Source: Candidatus Amesbacteria bacterium (GTDB lineage Bacteria > Patescibacteriota > Microgenomatia > CAZETR01 > Amesbacteraceae). From it: a stretch of DNA of 64,000 nucleotides. The stretch spans positions 172,825 to 236,824 of the forward strand of contig DAHXMV010000001.1 in assembly GCA_027371535.1 (NCBI GenBank), in the 5' to 3' direction. The translations under genes were made by a program, and so were the position numbers. Of the stretch, positions 28,990-38,949 are shown piece after piece; the stretch's first letter is position 1; each line of letters begins with the position of its first letter. The notes beneath the pieces were generated by a model. It was not told where the DNA came from. It did not search any database and saw only the letters and a program-made list of their open reading frames with translations.

Positions 28990-29907
28990 ATGGCTAACCA
29001 GGAGACTGCAGCTGAACAAAATATAGTCATATTCAATCGTGAATGCGGAAACACCTACCCGGAATCCGTGGAGCAGATAATGGTAGATTTATGGCCCGGG
29101 GCTATCGGATGCATGGGAATTGACCAGTTTGAAAAAAATCCACAGGCGGCTGCCGGATACAATCTGGTGGTCGGAGGGGGTGATGAAACCATCAGGAACG
29201 CTGCAAATAAAGCCAGACTTTACGGGTCAAAAATATATCCCCTGCACTTTGGTACAGCCGGATCCATACCTCAGGAATTTGGCTATAAAAGAACATTACA
29301 GGAGACCATCTATATGGCTAACCAGCAAACCCAAATTGAAGGGGTGAAAATGTACGTCCGCAGAATATTAAAACAGTTGAATAACAGGAAGGTTTTGGTA
29401 GAGATATCCCCGGGAACAGTAACTACAAGTGAGACTGAATATTTTGTCTGGTCGGCCGGTATCGGTAAAGGGGCCAAGGCCCTGGCTGATATCGACAGTT
29501 GGAGAAAAAAGGGCCTCAGGTATGAGATGAGGGTGTTAAGAGCTCTTTTGGAAGCGGCAGGCAGTTTCAGACAAAGCCGCGTACATGAGATGACTATTCC
29601 TGAAAAGGATCTACAAATACAGATTATAGAAGCCGAAATAATAAAAGATCCGTTCAATTCAATTGGCGGGGTGCCGATAGTGCCGAAAATACCGGGAAAT
29701 AAAGTCTTATTTATTGAAGCTCCGAATGAAAAAAACTTCACGGATAAATTTGTCAGAGTTTTTATAGACGGGGCTTTAATGATTTTCGGGAAACCCAGAA
29801 TGGCCGGGGGGAATAGAAATCTCCGAAACTTCAGGACAGGTGACTGTTTCAGGGAAACTAGAAAACATTCATGTGGATTCCAGTGTAAACATAAGACGCA
29901 GGGGTAA
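28990..29907 (+). CDS. putative lipid kinase, DAGK-catalytic-domain-like (YegS/NAD-kinase fold)
   Basis: NLVVGGGDETIRNAAN...YPLHFGTAGS resembles the GGDGT and P-x-GTxND signatures of diacylglycerol-kinase catalytic domains. The match is degenerate. Confidence 0.35.
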   Translation: MANQETAAEQNIVIFNRECGNTYPESVEQIMVDLWPGAIGCMGIDQFEKNPQAAAGYNLVVGGGDETIRNAANKARLYGSKIYPLHFGTAGSIPQEFGYKRTLQETIYMANQQTQIEGVKMYVRRILKQLNNRKVLVEISPGTVTTSETEYFVWSAGIGKGAKALADIDSWRKKGLRYEMRVLRALLEAAGSFRQSRVHEMTIPEKDLQIQIIEAEIIKDPFNSIGGVPIVPKIPGNKVLFIEAPNEKNFTDKFVRVFIDGALMIFGKPRMAGGNRNLRNFRTGDCFRETRKHSCGFQCKHKTQG

Positions 29908-29979
29908 TAAAATAGTTGTGATACCACAGCCAGACCCGGAAATCCTACCTAAATACCTGTTTTGGCGGAATACTGAATG

Positions 29980-30252
29980 CTAATAAGCTTCAAAAAAGGG
30001 AAAGTTCCTTACCGGTCCTGTTTTGACTTTAAAATCTTTAATCTTAATCGGGGAAGGAATGGTTTTACACCATTCAACAAACTTTTCCAAATCACTGTTT
30101 TGGCCTTCTACTGCCAAACTCACACCTCCGTCCGGTTCATTCCTTACCCAACCGGTAAGATTAAGATTTTTGGCTTTTTGACTGCAGCTATAACGAAATC
30201 CAACACCCTGCACCCGGCCGGTGACGAAAATATCCAAATGAATTTTGAGCAT
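29980..30252 (-). CDS. acyP: acylphosphatase
   Basis: VTGRVQGVGFR and GWVRNEPDGGV motifs. 90 aa. Confidence 0.8.
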   Translation of the reverse strand: MLKIHLDIFVTGRVQGVGFRYSCSQKAKNLNLTGWVRNEPDGGVSLAVEGQNSDLEKFVEWCKTIPSPIKIKDFKVKTGPVRNFPFFEAY

Positions 30253-30258
30253 CAGATT

Positions 30259-30714
30259 TCAGACCGCCTGTAAAATTTCCCCCGCATGACCTTTGGGAGT
30301 GACGTGGGGAAAAACCTTATTTATTATACCTTTGGGATCTATCAGGTAAGTCATTCGCCTGGTTCCGGTAAATTCCCGGCCCATAAATTTTTTAGTGCCC
30401 CAGGCACCGTAATTTTGAATGACGGATTTGGATTCGTCACTTAGGAGGGGGAAATTGAGCTTATATTTACCGGAAAATCCGGCATGAGAAGTGACAGAAT
30501 CTTTAGATATTCCCAACACTATAATTTTTTTATCGGCCAGATCTTTGAAACTGTCTCTGAATTCACAGGCTTCCACGGTACAACCCGGGGTATCATCCCT
30601 GGGGTAAAAATAGACTACCACCCACCTGCCCCGATAATCACTTAACCGATGCAGTTTACCATCCTGATCGGGCAGGGAAAAATCCGGGGCATGGGTACCG
30701 ACAGCCGGTTCCAT
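30259..30714 (-). CDS. bcp: peroxiredoxin, Bcp/PrxQ type
   Basis: VVVYFYPRDDTPGCTVEAC carries the peroxidatic Cys motif. 151 aa. Confidence 0.8.
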   Translation of the reverse strand: MEPAVGTHAPDFSLPDQDGKLHRLSDYRGRWVVVYFYPRDDTPGCTVEACEFRDSFKDLADKKIIVLGISKDSVTSHAGFSGKYKLNFPLLSDESKSVIQNYGAWGTKKFMGREFTGTRRMTYLIDPKGIINKVFPHVTPKGHAGEILQAV

Positions 30715-30726
30715 ATAATATTAAAC

Positions 30727-31320
30727 TCAGGATAACACAATTTTCATAATATAACCCGAACCTCTTAAAGTATAAATGAGAGGTTTATCATTAATACCAA
30801 CTTTAAGTTTACGCCGCAAATAACGAAATTAGGTTTCGATAATATTTGACATACCGGAATAATCATAATTCCAGATATTATCCATAATCCGCTGTTTGGT
30901 CAGGACTACATTTGGATGGCGCAGGAAGTACTCCAGTAAAGCAAATCCGCGGCCGGCGGCTTTTTTTCTGTCTAAAAATTTGCGGACTTTTTTAACCAAA
31001 CCGGTCAACGAAAAAGGCTTTGTCAGGTAATCATCCGCCCCGGCATTCAAAAAAGACACCGGCGAACAATGAAGATCTTCCGGAACCAATACCGGTACAG
31101 AAAAAGCAGGGTGTTCCCGACGCAGTCTGTGAAGGTAATCCAACAAATCTCCTCCGGCAATTTCCACATCGGCTATCAGCAGGTTGAATTTACCCACGCG
31201 GTTTACCGGAGGTAATTCATCCACCCGGAAGACCAGACAAATTCCGAAACCATCCGCCATCAAACCCCGCCTGATAAAATTAGCGATTTTGGCTTCCGAT
31301 TCGGCTACCAGAATATGCAT
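30727..31320 (-). pseudogene. OmpR-family response regulator interrupted by an in-frame TAA (at 30829-30831); receiver domain atypical
   Basis: The ORF track ends at ..DYSGMSNIIET. Translating the same frame past the TAA gives FRYLRRKLKVGINDKPLIYTLRGSGYIMKIVLS, the conserved C-terminal wing of OmpR-type DNA-binding domains (stop at 30727-30729). Confidence 0.6.
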
Positions 31321-31371
31321 ACAGGAAAAACAATTTAGGTGAAAAACTATGGGAATTCTGTGAGATTTTAA

Positions 31372-32568
31372 TCAACTCCACGAAATCAGATATACCACAG
31401 CTACCAAAAGTCCCAAACCCGCAGTTACCAAAAACCCGGTACTTAAAGACAGGGCGGTAATTACAAAACCCATGACCAGAGGTCCGGCAGTCTGACCAAT
31501 ATCCATCACAGAGCTGAGGGCACCTAAAAAACTACCCAGTTCATTTTGTCTGGAAAGTTCAGCTACCCGGGCGCTGGTGGCCACGGTCCCAAAAGACATC
31601 CCCAACCCAAATATCAATCCTATACCTACAAGAACAAAAAAATTACCCGAGACAGTAAACAAAGCGGCTGACAGACTTAAAACAAGCAGGCCGAATACAA
31701 TCTGCAAACGTTTATCAATCCGGTCTGCCAACCGCCCGAAAAACGGCTGGGTCAGGGCTATGCTAAAAACCTGAAGTGAAAAAATCAGGCCTATTTCAGC
31801 CGAAGCTATGCCTTTCGACGCCAGATAGAGCGGCAGAAAGGTTTCGTACACCCCGTATATAAAGTAGGTGATTAATTGAACCAGCGAGGTCATAAAAACC
31901 GGGCGGCTGTGACCAAAATCAACCAGGGTCAGTATCAGACTGCGGATATTAAAGCCGCCTGTTATCCGGATAGCAGGCGCTGTTTGACGGGGAATTAAGA
32001 CGGTAAATATCAATATCGGCAGAGAAAGCAAAAAGGCTGCCAAATAAACCAGCCGGAAATTTGCCAGATGCCCCCAATAGGCAAAATACTGGATGATAAA
32101 ACCTCCCAAAAGCGGAGCCAGCATCCGGCCAAAAAGGGTGGAGGATGAGTACAGACCCAGACCTTCAGCCCGGCGGTGCTCATAGACACTGACTATCAAG
32201 GCTGCGGCAATCGGGCCTAAAATGGCCGTGGCCAACCCGTGAAAAAACCTGACCGGCAGGAGCCACCAGGGATTGGTAACCAGGAGATAGAGCAGAGGGG
32301 CCAAAGTAAAAATAAAAGCTGCGACCAGCAGCAGTTTCTTTTTTCCCAGTTTATCGGCCAAAAAGCCGACCGGAAAGCTGAATAAAATTCCCGCCAAGGG
32401 CGAAAGTGCCGATAATATGCCCAGTAATGAAGTGTCTGCCCCCAGACTTTTGGCAAACAGCGGCAGAACGGGATTTTTGGAGATGGTGGTGGAAAAAATC
32501 CCGAAAAAACCAATCAGACAAAGCAAATAAATAATTTGTTTATTATGATCCGAGGTTTTTTCCGACAC
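31372..32568 (-). CDS. MFS transporter
   Basis: Twelve TM helices. MFS loop motif GFLADKLGKKKLL between TM2 and TM3. Confidence 0.7.
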   Translation of the reverse strand: MSEKTSDHNKQIIYLLCLIGFFGIFSTTISKNPVLPLFAKSLGADTSLLGILSALSPLAGILFSFPVGFLADKLGKKKLLLVAAFIFTLAPLLYLLVTNPWWLLPVRFFHGLATAILGPIAAALIVSVYEHRRAEGLGLYSSSTLFGRMLAPLLGGFIIQYFAYWGHLANFRLVYLAAFLLSLPILIFTVLIPRQTAPAIRITGGFNIRSLILTLVDFGHSRPVFMTSLVQLITYFIYGVYETFLPLYLASKGIASAEIGLIFSLQVFSIALTQPFFGRLADRIDKRLQIVFGLLVLSLSAALFTVSGNFFVLVGIGLIFGLGMSFGTVATSARVAELSRQNELGSFLGALSSVMDIGQTAGPLVMGFVITALSLSTGFLVTAGLGLLVAVVYLISWS

Positions 32569-32701
32569 AGTCAGATTATGCCAGCTTTATATATCAGAAT
32601 AAATAACCTATAATTATTTATGGTTAAAAAAGAAAAAGATGACCTTTCCAGAATTTTTAAAATCTTTTGGGAAAACCCAATCATTAAACCGGTGAAATAC
32701 A

Positions 32702-32941
32702 CTATTTCTCGAGGTCTTTTTTCATTTCTTCAAATTGTTTTTTATCAATTTCCCCTTTGGCATAGCGCTCCTTCAGAATATCCAAGGGAGTTTTTTCGGG
32801 TCCTTCTGTCCATGGATGGTGACCCGAATACATGAATAATCTGTAAAACAGAAATATTAACACCAGCCAAAATAGTACAGCGGGGATAAGGCTCAATAAA
32901 CTCCAACCTCCCCAAGGATAATACCAGCTATATCTCATCAT
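32702..32941 (-). CDS. SHOCT-domain small membrane protein
   Basis: Two TM helices followed by LKERYAKGEIDKKQFEEMKKDL, the SHOCT consensus. Confidence 0.55.
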   Translation of the reverse strand: MMRYSWYYPWGGWSLLSLIPAVLFWLVLIFLFYRLFMYSGHHPWTEGPEKTPLDILKERYAKGEIDKKQFEEMKKDLEK

Positions 32942-33129
32942 AGTTTCCGATTAAACCACAACAAACTGAGAAAAGGCTGACAGATGATTTGAATATTCCG
33001 GAATAGAATTACTAAAACCAGGAAGGAACAAATCGCCGAAGGCGGTGAATGATTCAGGGCAAAAACAATTAGTGGCTGTTGCCATACGACTAACGGCCAG
33101 AAAAACGGGAAAATACCGGATCACTCAAC

Positions 33130-33552
33130 TTATGGGCGGGGTTGCTTCTGGGTTTCGAAAACTTCGCGGAGAGTTTTCCTGGCTTCAGCAACTATTTTCG
33201 GACTCACATGATCCGGTAAACGGACTACAATACAGACGGGATTCTTACCCTGGAGCAAAAATTGGAAAGATCTATTTGAGCCCATAAACAAAACATTTTT
33301 ATTTTGGTGATGAATTACAGTCACCGGGACATCCGTGCCATACCGCCGACTAAACAGCTCTTCCGCTTCTTCCAGGACGCATTCTTCCAGGGCGGCAATA
33401 AATAAATTTTCGGGAAGTATTTCCTGCCGGTAGACTAAGGTATTGTCCGGATCAAGATCGTAAAGCTCCAAAACGGAATTTACCGACCCTTTGACCCGGT
33501 TTTTCCATTCTTCATCTGCCACATCGGCCAATAAAACATCAAGATCGGTCAT
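33130..33552 (-). CDS. hypothetical protein
   Basis: A 140-aa acidic ORF with coding-like composition. No family recognised. Confidence 0.4.
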   Translation of the reverse strand: MTDLDVLLADVADEEWKNRVKGSVNSVLELYDLDPDNTLVYRQEILPENLFIAALEECVLEEAEELFSRRYGTDVPVTVIHHQNKNVLFMGSNRSFQFLLQGKNPVCIVVRLPDHVSPKIVAEARKTLREVFETQKQPRP

Positions 33553-33584
33553 ACGGTTTTAGTTTAACACATAACGATTCAAAT

Positions 33585-35147
33585 TTACTCTTCGAACACC
33601 TGAGTCTGAAAGACGGAAATGACCGACTGCGGATCTTTGTAACAGTCAGCAGGCAATCCGGCCTTTTGCAGGCAAAGCTGTTCCAAAAAGGCGGTTTCAT
33701 CCCAGTGATTTTCCGCGGCTACCTGGGGGAGAAAAGTGCCTGCATGCCGGCCATTTTGAATTACCACCCCATCCCGGCCATAACGGATCATCCGCCAGGA
33801 AGAAATTTGTTTGGGCGGGGTCATGACGGATAATTCAATGTGAACCCGGTCCAGATCGCTTTTTGGCAGCGGATCAAATCTGGGATCCTGAGCAGCGGAT
33901 TTAACAATAGTCCGCTGAATAACCCGGTATAAAGGATCCGCGGGTTCAAACTCACCGATACAGCCGCGCAGTTGTCCGTTTTGGGTAAGAGTCACAAATA
34001 CCCCCAGGGGTTTTAACAGATCGGGGTTTTTGGGTTTTTCCGAACGGAATTTTTTACCGTTTAAATAATCCGCCAGGGCCTGCCGGGCTATTGTAACCGC
34101 TTCTTTCTCGGCAGGCCGGGAGAGGATGATTTTCGGCGATTCCAATTGATCTTTTACCCCAACAACCGCACCATATCCGACTACCCGGGCAGGATCACCT
34201 CCCGGAATATCTCCGGAATTGGCATATTTAACCAACTGAAAATCGGTAATATTTAATTTTGCCGCCACCAATAAGGCGATTTTTATGGCTTCCTGACCGC
34301 AGGCACTGGTAGCCAGATTTGAATAATTTTTGTCAGCTTGTTTATCGATGACCTGTGTAAATTTCCCAACCTCTCCCGTAAGGATGGCTGCCAGAGTCTG
34401 GTGGTCAACGATATTTGCCGTTTGCCGGTCGGGATAATGCGACAGGTCAGTACTGACCACCAGTAAAGTATCGTCATCAAAATTATCGGCAATGGCAGCA
34501 GCTAATTGATCCCGCAGGGTTTCTGAGGGCTGGCTGACTAAAATGGGAACTATGGTAAAGTCTTTCATTACAGACTGCAAAAAGATCAACTCCATTTCCA
34601 GAGAATGTTCATTTAAATGAACCGAGGCATCTGACCGGATGCCGATAGCGGGATTGATCAAATATGCTGCCAAAGCGGCATTGACGGGGATATCCCCCAG
34701 CGGGGTGCGCCAGACACCGTCGGGAAAAACAGCTGCCTCGGTAAAAGCATAATTATGGCTGGGACCTAAAAGGATGATTTTGGAATATTTAAACCCTTGA
34801 AGCTGGTCAAAACCGGCCGCAGCCACATAACCAGCATATTCAATACCGGCATGGGGAACAATCAGGATCCGGGGTTTTTGGGTGACGGTTTTTTTGGCCC
34901 CGGCCAAATCAATACGCATGACTGCCCGGAGGGATATGGGGTCGCCGGGATAAAAAGAACCCGAAACGGCGGGGTCTCTGATAACTGCGGCCGCATCCGG
35001 GTTTTGAGAGTTCGGAGCAAAACTGAGACCGGACTGGGGAGAAATGGTATTCCGGGGAGAGTTTTTTTTAAAAATTAAAAACCATATCAGAAAGACGGCG
35101 ACAACCAAAACCGACAAAACAGCTAAAGGTTCCCTGGAAGCCCCCAT
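33585..35147 (-). CDS. membrane-anchored fusion of MEMO1-like (AmmeMemoRadiSam system protein B) and AMMECR1 (protein A) domains
   Basis: N-terminal TM helix. The MEMO-like region is ILVPHAGIEYAGYVAAAGFDQL...IILLGPSHNY...VVSTDLSHY. The C-terminal AMMECR1 region carries LGVFVTLTQNGQLRGCIGEF. Confidence 0.65.
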   Translation of the reverse strand: MGASREPLAVLSVLVVAVFLIWFLIFKKNSPRNTISPQSGLSFAPNSQNPDAAAVIRDPAVSGSFYPGDPISLRAVMRIDLAGAKKTVTQKPRILIVPHAGIEYAGYVAAAGFDQLQGFKYSKIILLGPSHNYAFTEAAVFPDGVWRTPLGDIPVNAALAAYLINPAIGIRSDASVHLNEHSLEMELIFLQSVMKDFTIVPILVSQPSETLRDQLAAAIADNFDDDTLLVVSTDLSHYPDRQTANIVDHQTLAAILTGEVGKFTQVIDKQADKNYSNLATSACGQEAIKIALLVAAKLNITDFQLVKYANSGDIPGGDPARVVGYGAVVGVKDQLESPKIILSRPAEKEAVTIARQALADYLNGKKFRSEKPKNPDLLKPLGVFVTLTQNGQLRGCIGEFEPADPLYRVIQRTIVKSAAQDPRFDPLPKSDLDRVHIELSVMTPPKQISSWRMIRYGRDGVVIQNGRHAGTFLPQVAAENHWDETAFLEQLCLQKAGLPADCYKDPQSVISVFQTQVFEE

Positions 35148-35170
35148 TGAAAATAATTATAACCCCCGCG

Positions 35171-36361
35171 TTAACAATAATTATTTTTTTGACAAAATGA
35201 TTCCAAACGGTCAAAAGCCAGATTAATTATCTGCGGACCGGCGGAAAAAGACAGGCGTAAATGTCCCTTGCCGGACGGACCCATACTATCACCGGGAATG
35301 GTGATGACTTGAGCCTCATCAACCAGGCGTTTGGCCAAATCCAGGGCAGATAAACCGGGAGGTAGGATTCTGGGAAAAAGATAAAAAGATCCATGAGGCG
35401 GATTGAAGGCAAAAAGTTTTGACAGAGATGCCATCCGCTGACAGATAACTTCCCGGCTTTTGGTAATTTCAGATTTAAATTCTTTCATCGCCCCCTGACC
35501 GCGGGGATCATTCAAAACAATCGTCGCAGCCACGATGGAAATTGTGGCGGGGTTAAGGGAAAAGTGCAGGTGAATGCTGGATATCTTTCTGATAATTTCA
35601 GGATCAGCCACCACATAACCGATTCGCCAGCCGGTCATGGCAAATTCTTTGGAAAAACTTTTGGAGAGGATAATTCTTTGCCGAAGTTCGGGTATGAACA
35701 TCGGACTATAAAGTTCCCGGTCATAGGTCAGGTAAGCATAAGCTTCATCAACCACCAAATATAAATTATGCTTCAGGATAATACGGGAGAGTTGTTCAAC
35801 CTGTTCCCGGGAAAGGACGGTGCCGGTGGGATTATTGGGGTTTGTCAGAATCACAGCTTTGGTTTTGGGGGTGACGGCAGCGGTTAATTTGTCCATATCC
35901 GGGGACCAATCGCGTTTTTCATCCAGGGGAACAAAGACCGGTTTGGCCTGGGCCAGGGCCAGCTGGGACAGATGCAGGGGGTAGCCGGGGTCAAAATAAA
36001 TGACCTCGTCTCCCGGTTCCAAAATAGACATCAAAGAGGCAAACAAACCCCCGATGCCGCCCAAAGTCAGATAGATCTGATTGCGGTCCGGTGTAAATCC
36101 GTATTTTTCCGATATATCTTTAATCAAAAGTTCTTTTAAAGGAGACTGAATCTTATCGTTTTCGGAGTTGTACGAACCCAAGAGCGGATCGGTTTTGGAT
36201 CTGGCATATAATTCGTCATAAACAAATTGCGGGGTTTTAAACTGAGGAGCACCCTGGCCAAGAGAAATGACGTCAGAATAGCGGGCGGCGTAACTCATGA
36301 TGGTGCCGATGCCGGAATCGGGGACATCCGCCACACGGCGGGAAAAATTATAATTGCCCAT
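35171..36361 (-). CDS. class I/II PLP-dependent aminotransferase
   Basis: SKSFSKEFAMTGWRIGY carries the Schiff-base Lys. 396 aa. Confidence 0.75.
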   Translation of the reverse strand: MGNYNFSRRVADVPDSGIGTIMSYAARYSDVISLGQGAPQFKTPQFVYDELYARSKTDPLLGSYNSENDKIQSPLKELLIKDISEKYGFTPDRNQIYLTLGGIGGLFASLMSILEPGDEVIYFDPGYPLHLSQLALAQAKPVFVPLDEKRDWSPDMDKLTAAVTPKTKAVILTNPNNPTGTVLSREQVEQLSRIILKHNLYLVVDEAYAYLTYDRELYSPMFIPELRQRIILSKSFSKEFAMTGWRIGYVVADPEIIRKISSIHLHFSLNPATISIVAATIVLNDPRGQGAMKEFKSEITKSREVICQRMASLSKLFAFNPPHGSFYLFPRILPPGLSALDLAKRLVDEAQVITIPGDSMGPSGKGHLRLSFSAGPQIINLAFDRLESFCQKNNYC

Positions 36362-36387
36362 GTTTATCTCTATTTTAGCAAAAGGCC

Positions 36388-38283
36388 TCAGGGGACGCAG
36401 GCAGAAGTGCCGGTAAAGCTCTTTGTACCGTCCGGGCGGGTGCAGTAAGTTCCGACATTGACCAACCTCTGACTGCCACAGGTAACATATACCTGGGGGC
36501 TACTTAGCCAACTGGTAGAGCACAACTGGTTATTGGCGGGGCACCAGTTATACCCACTGAAACCATAACCGGTATACCAGGTGCTCGAAGTACATCCGGG
36601 TGAAGCAGTGACGTTGACAGTGACATAATTTGACCATGGTATTTGGACAGGATTGATACGGGTTTCTCCGCTGACAGCTTCGTTTGGCACCCAGATTCTA
36701 AAAGGAGAATAATAAGTTCCGACTCCACCGGGGTTTGATACTCTGACCAAGCCATTATCTACCCACAGCCACTTACGGCCATTACCAGATTCCAGATAAC
36801 CGGTATAGGGGGGAGAAACTCTCAGATAATATCCCTGATTTTGGCCGACGGAAACCGCGGAAGAATAATTAACCCCGTCGGAGCTGACCTGGACAGTTAA
36901 CTGCGGGTTCTGAAAATAATTTTTTAACTTCATGACAAAACTGGGATTTTGGATGGTGTCATCCCAGCAGTCGCTATCAGACGCACACATCGGCGAGTAT
37001 TGGTTTGCCGCACCGGCATAGCGATTAAAAGTTTTTGAGATCATCTGGACCAAACCGATACCTTTGACATAATACCAGGATTCTCTGTTGGCCATATCGG
37101 TATAAGCAGTCTTGAATCCTTCATAGTAGTCTATCCGCAGGGCTTCACCGGAATAATTAAACTGACCCGGGCCATAATTAATATTCACATAATCTTTATC
37201 GACACGAATTTTCCAGGAGCCCAGATAGTTCGGATCGGGGTTGGTGACCAACATCGTCGGGACGTAAGGAATTCCGGCCTGTACAGGATAATAAGAAGTC
37301 CCCTTCTGGTAATTAATGTATGGCAAAGCAGCTGTTTTGGGAGCCAGATTGTATGAGGGGTACTGAGTACCGGTATTTTTGTAAACGTGCGAACCTAACT
37401 CGCCGGAAAAATTGATGTCATGCCAGCCCCAGGAAGTGTCCGGCCGGCTGTAATTGGTGTCAGCAAAACCCCAGATAAAATTATTGTAACCGGGTATGGG
37501 AGAATAATAGAAGTTGGGGTCGGTAATAAACCAGCGCAGATCACGTTTGCCATCGTTGACTCCGGGAATGACGGCCGCCCAGTAAAGGTTGGGGTTGGTT
37601 TTGGTATAACGCCAGGGAATGATATTGATGCCGCTTTTGGAAATTTCCTGCTCCATCTGAATCCGGGTGGTCCCGGTAGTACCGGTCAAATTGTCGGTAC
37701 TATCATAAAGATAGGTATAGCCCGGTTTATAAACAATATAATCAGTCATGTTATAAACCGGCCGGGAGTTGGTCAGTGTGCCGGTAAAGGTAATTCTGGC
37801 GGGATTGCTCCAGTCATAAGCAGTCCCGGCCGGCCGGACCCGAAAATTAGTTGAGAAGTTATTTGGCCATGGGCCATCCAGATCAATCCGGGCAATTCCC
37901 TGCTGATTTGACCGGTAAGTCCCCCAGTTGGCGGTGGTAATCCAGCCGCTACAATTATTACCCGCCCCGTCACATCTTTGGGATAAAACATCAAAATTGG
38001 CGGAACACGGCTGGCCACCGGAGGTCACATGAACATAGTATTTTGTAGGCACGCCAGATGGCAGGGAAATACTGCCGGACGGGGTCTTGCCATCTGCGGA
38101 GACCTGCAAAAGGATATAACCGCAAGAGGCAGCCCGGCTTTTGAATATCTGTTTGCGGAAGACGCCAAAAGTGATTCCCAAAGCCAAAATCACCAGCAGA
38201 GATATCAAAAAGAAGATTTGTTTGGAGAATTCGGATCTTTTGACCACTAGACAGAGAGTGACATATTTTTTATAACCAGTCAA
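36388..38283 (-). CDS. large secreted/extracytoplasmic protein (N-terminal signal-anchor), Tyr/Trp/Gly/Asn-rich, Cys-containing; function unknown
   Basis: TM at residues ~25-45. The rest is hydrophilic and aromatic-rich, with Cys clustered at both ends. Confidence 0.45.
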   Translation of the reverse strand: MTGYKKYVTLCLVVKRSEFSKQIFFLISLLVILALGITFGVFRKQIFKSRAASCGYILLQVSADGKTPSGSISLPSGVPTKYYVHVTSGGQPCSANFDVLSQRCDGAGNNCSGWITTANWGTYRSNQQGIARIDLDGPWPNNFSTNFRVRPAGTAYDWSNPARITFTGTLTNSRPVYNMTDYIVYKPGYTYLYDSTDNLTGTTGTTRIQMEQEISKSGINIIPWRYTKTNPNLYWAAVIPGVNDGKRDLRWFITDPNFYYSPIPGYNNFIWGFADTNYSRPDTSWGWHDINFSGELGSHVYKNTGTQYPSYNLAPKTAALPYINYQKGTSYYPVQAGIPYVPTMLVTNPDPNYLGSWKIRVDKDYVNINYGPGQFNYSGEALRIDYYEGFKTAYTDMANRESWYYVKGIGLVQMISKTFNRYAGAANQYSPMCASDSDCWDDTIQNPSFVMKLKNYFQNPQLTVQVSSDGVNYSSAVSVGQNQGYYLRVSPPYTGYLESGNGRKWLWVDNGLVRVSNPGGVGTYYSPFRIWVPNEAVSGETRINPVQIPWSNYVTVNVTASPGCTSSTWYTGYGFSGYNWCPANNQLCSTSWLSSPQVYVTCGSQRLVNVGTYCTRPDGTKSFTGTSACVP

Positions 38284-38298
38284 GGGAAGAACATAAAC

Positions 38299-38937
38299 TT
38301 ATAGCAGTAGCCTGATGTGATCTTTATCGATAAGAATAGCCTGGCTTTCATTGATTTTGGTCAGACGGAATTTTTGTCCGAAATCCCGACAGATGCCGTC
38401 TATTATCTCCTGATATTTGGGATTATCCGCATGGGGCACGGGTACAAAATCCACCAAACCCAGACCCCGATAGTCATTTAGTTTGGGGCCCAGATGCCGA
38501 TGGTCAAAATAAGTATCAATTTCCACATCCGGCCCGGCCAATACCGAGCCTGCGCTGGCCCCGATATAAATTTTTCCCTCATCCAGCAAATTTTTTATAA
38601 TCTGATCAAAACCGCTTTTTTTCACCTCATTAAGCAAATAGCTGGTGGTGCCTCCGGAAACAAATATTAAATCTTTGGACCGGAGTTTATTTAATAATTT
38701 GTCTTTGGAATAAGCTTTTAAATCAATGTCTGCGACAGAAAAACCCAGATCGAGAAATTTCTGCCGGTCGGCTGCCAACCAGGGTTTTTCGGAATATAAA
38801 TCAGCCGCGGTGGGGATGAAAGCCACGGATAATTCCCGGGGAGGTGCGGGCAGATAAGGAAGCAGCAATTGTAAAGTTCTTGAAGCCTGAGAAGTCAGAA
38901 ATACAGTCATTAGAATATAGTTTATATCAGGCGTCAA
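38299..38937 (-). CDS. peptidase S51 (dipeptidase E-like) family protein
   Basis: FVSGGTTSYLL and IGASAGSVLAG (Ser nucleophile) motifs. Confidence 0.65.
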   Translation of the reverse strand: MTPDINYILMTVFLTSQASRTLQLLLPYLPAPPRELSVAFIPTAADLYSEKPWLAADRQKFLDLGFSVADIDLKAYSKDKLLNKLRSKDLIFVSGGTTSYLLNEVKKSGFDQIIKNLLDEGKIYIGASAGSVLAGPDVEIDTYFDHRHLGPKLNDYRGLGLVDFVPVPHADNPKYQEIIDGICRDFGQKFRLTKINESQAILIDKDHIRLLL

Positions 38938-38949
38938 GTAACCCTTTTC

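Noticed and set aside
32620-33287. Plus-strand ORFs 32620-32835 and 33045-33287
   Set aside because: They overlap better-supported minus-strand genes (the SHOCT protein and the 140-aa ORF) and have no recognisable features.
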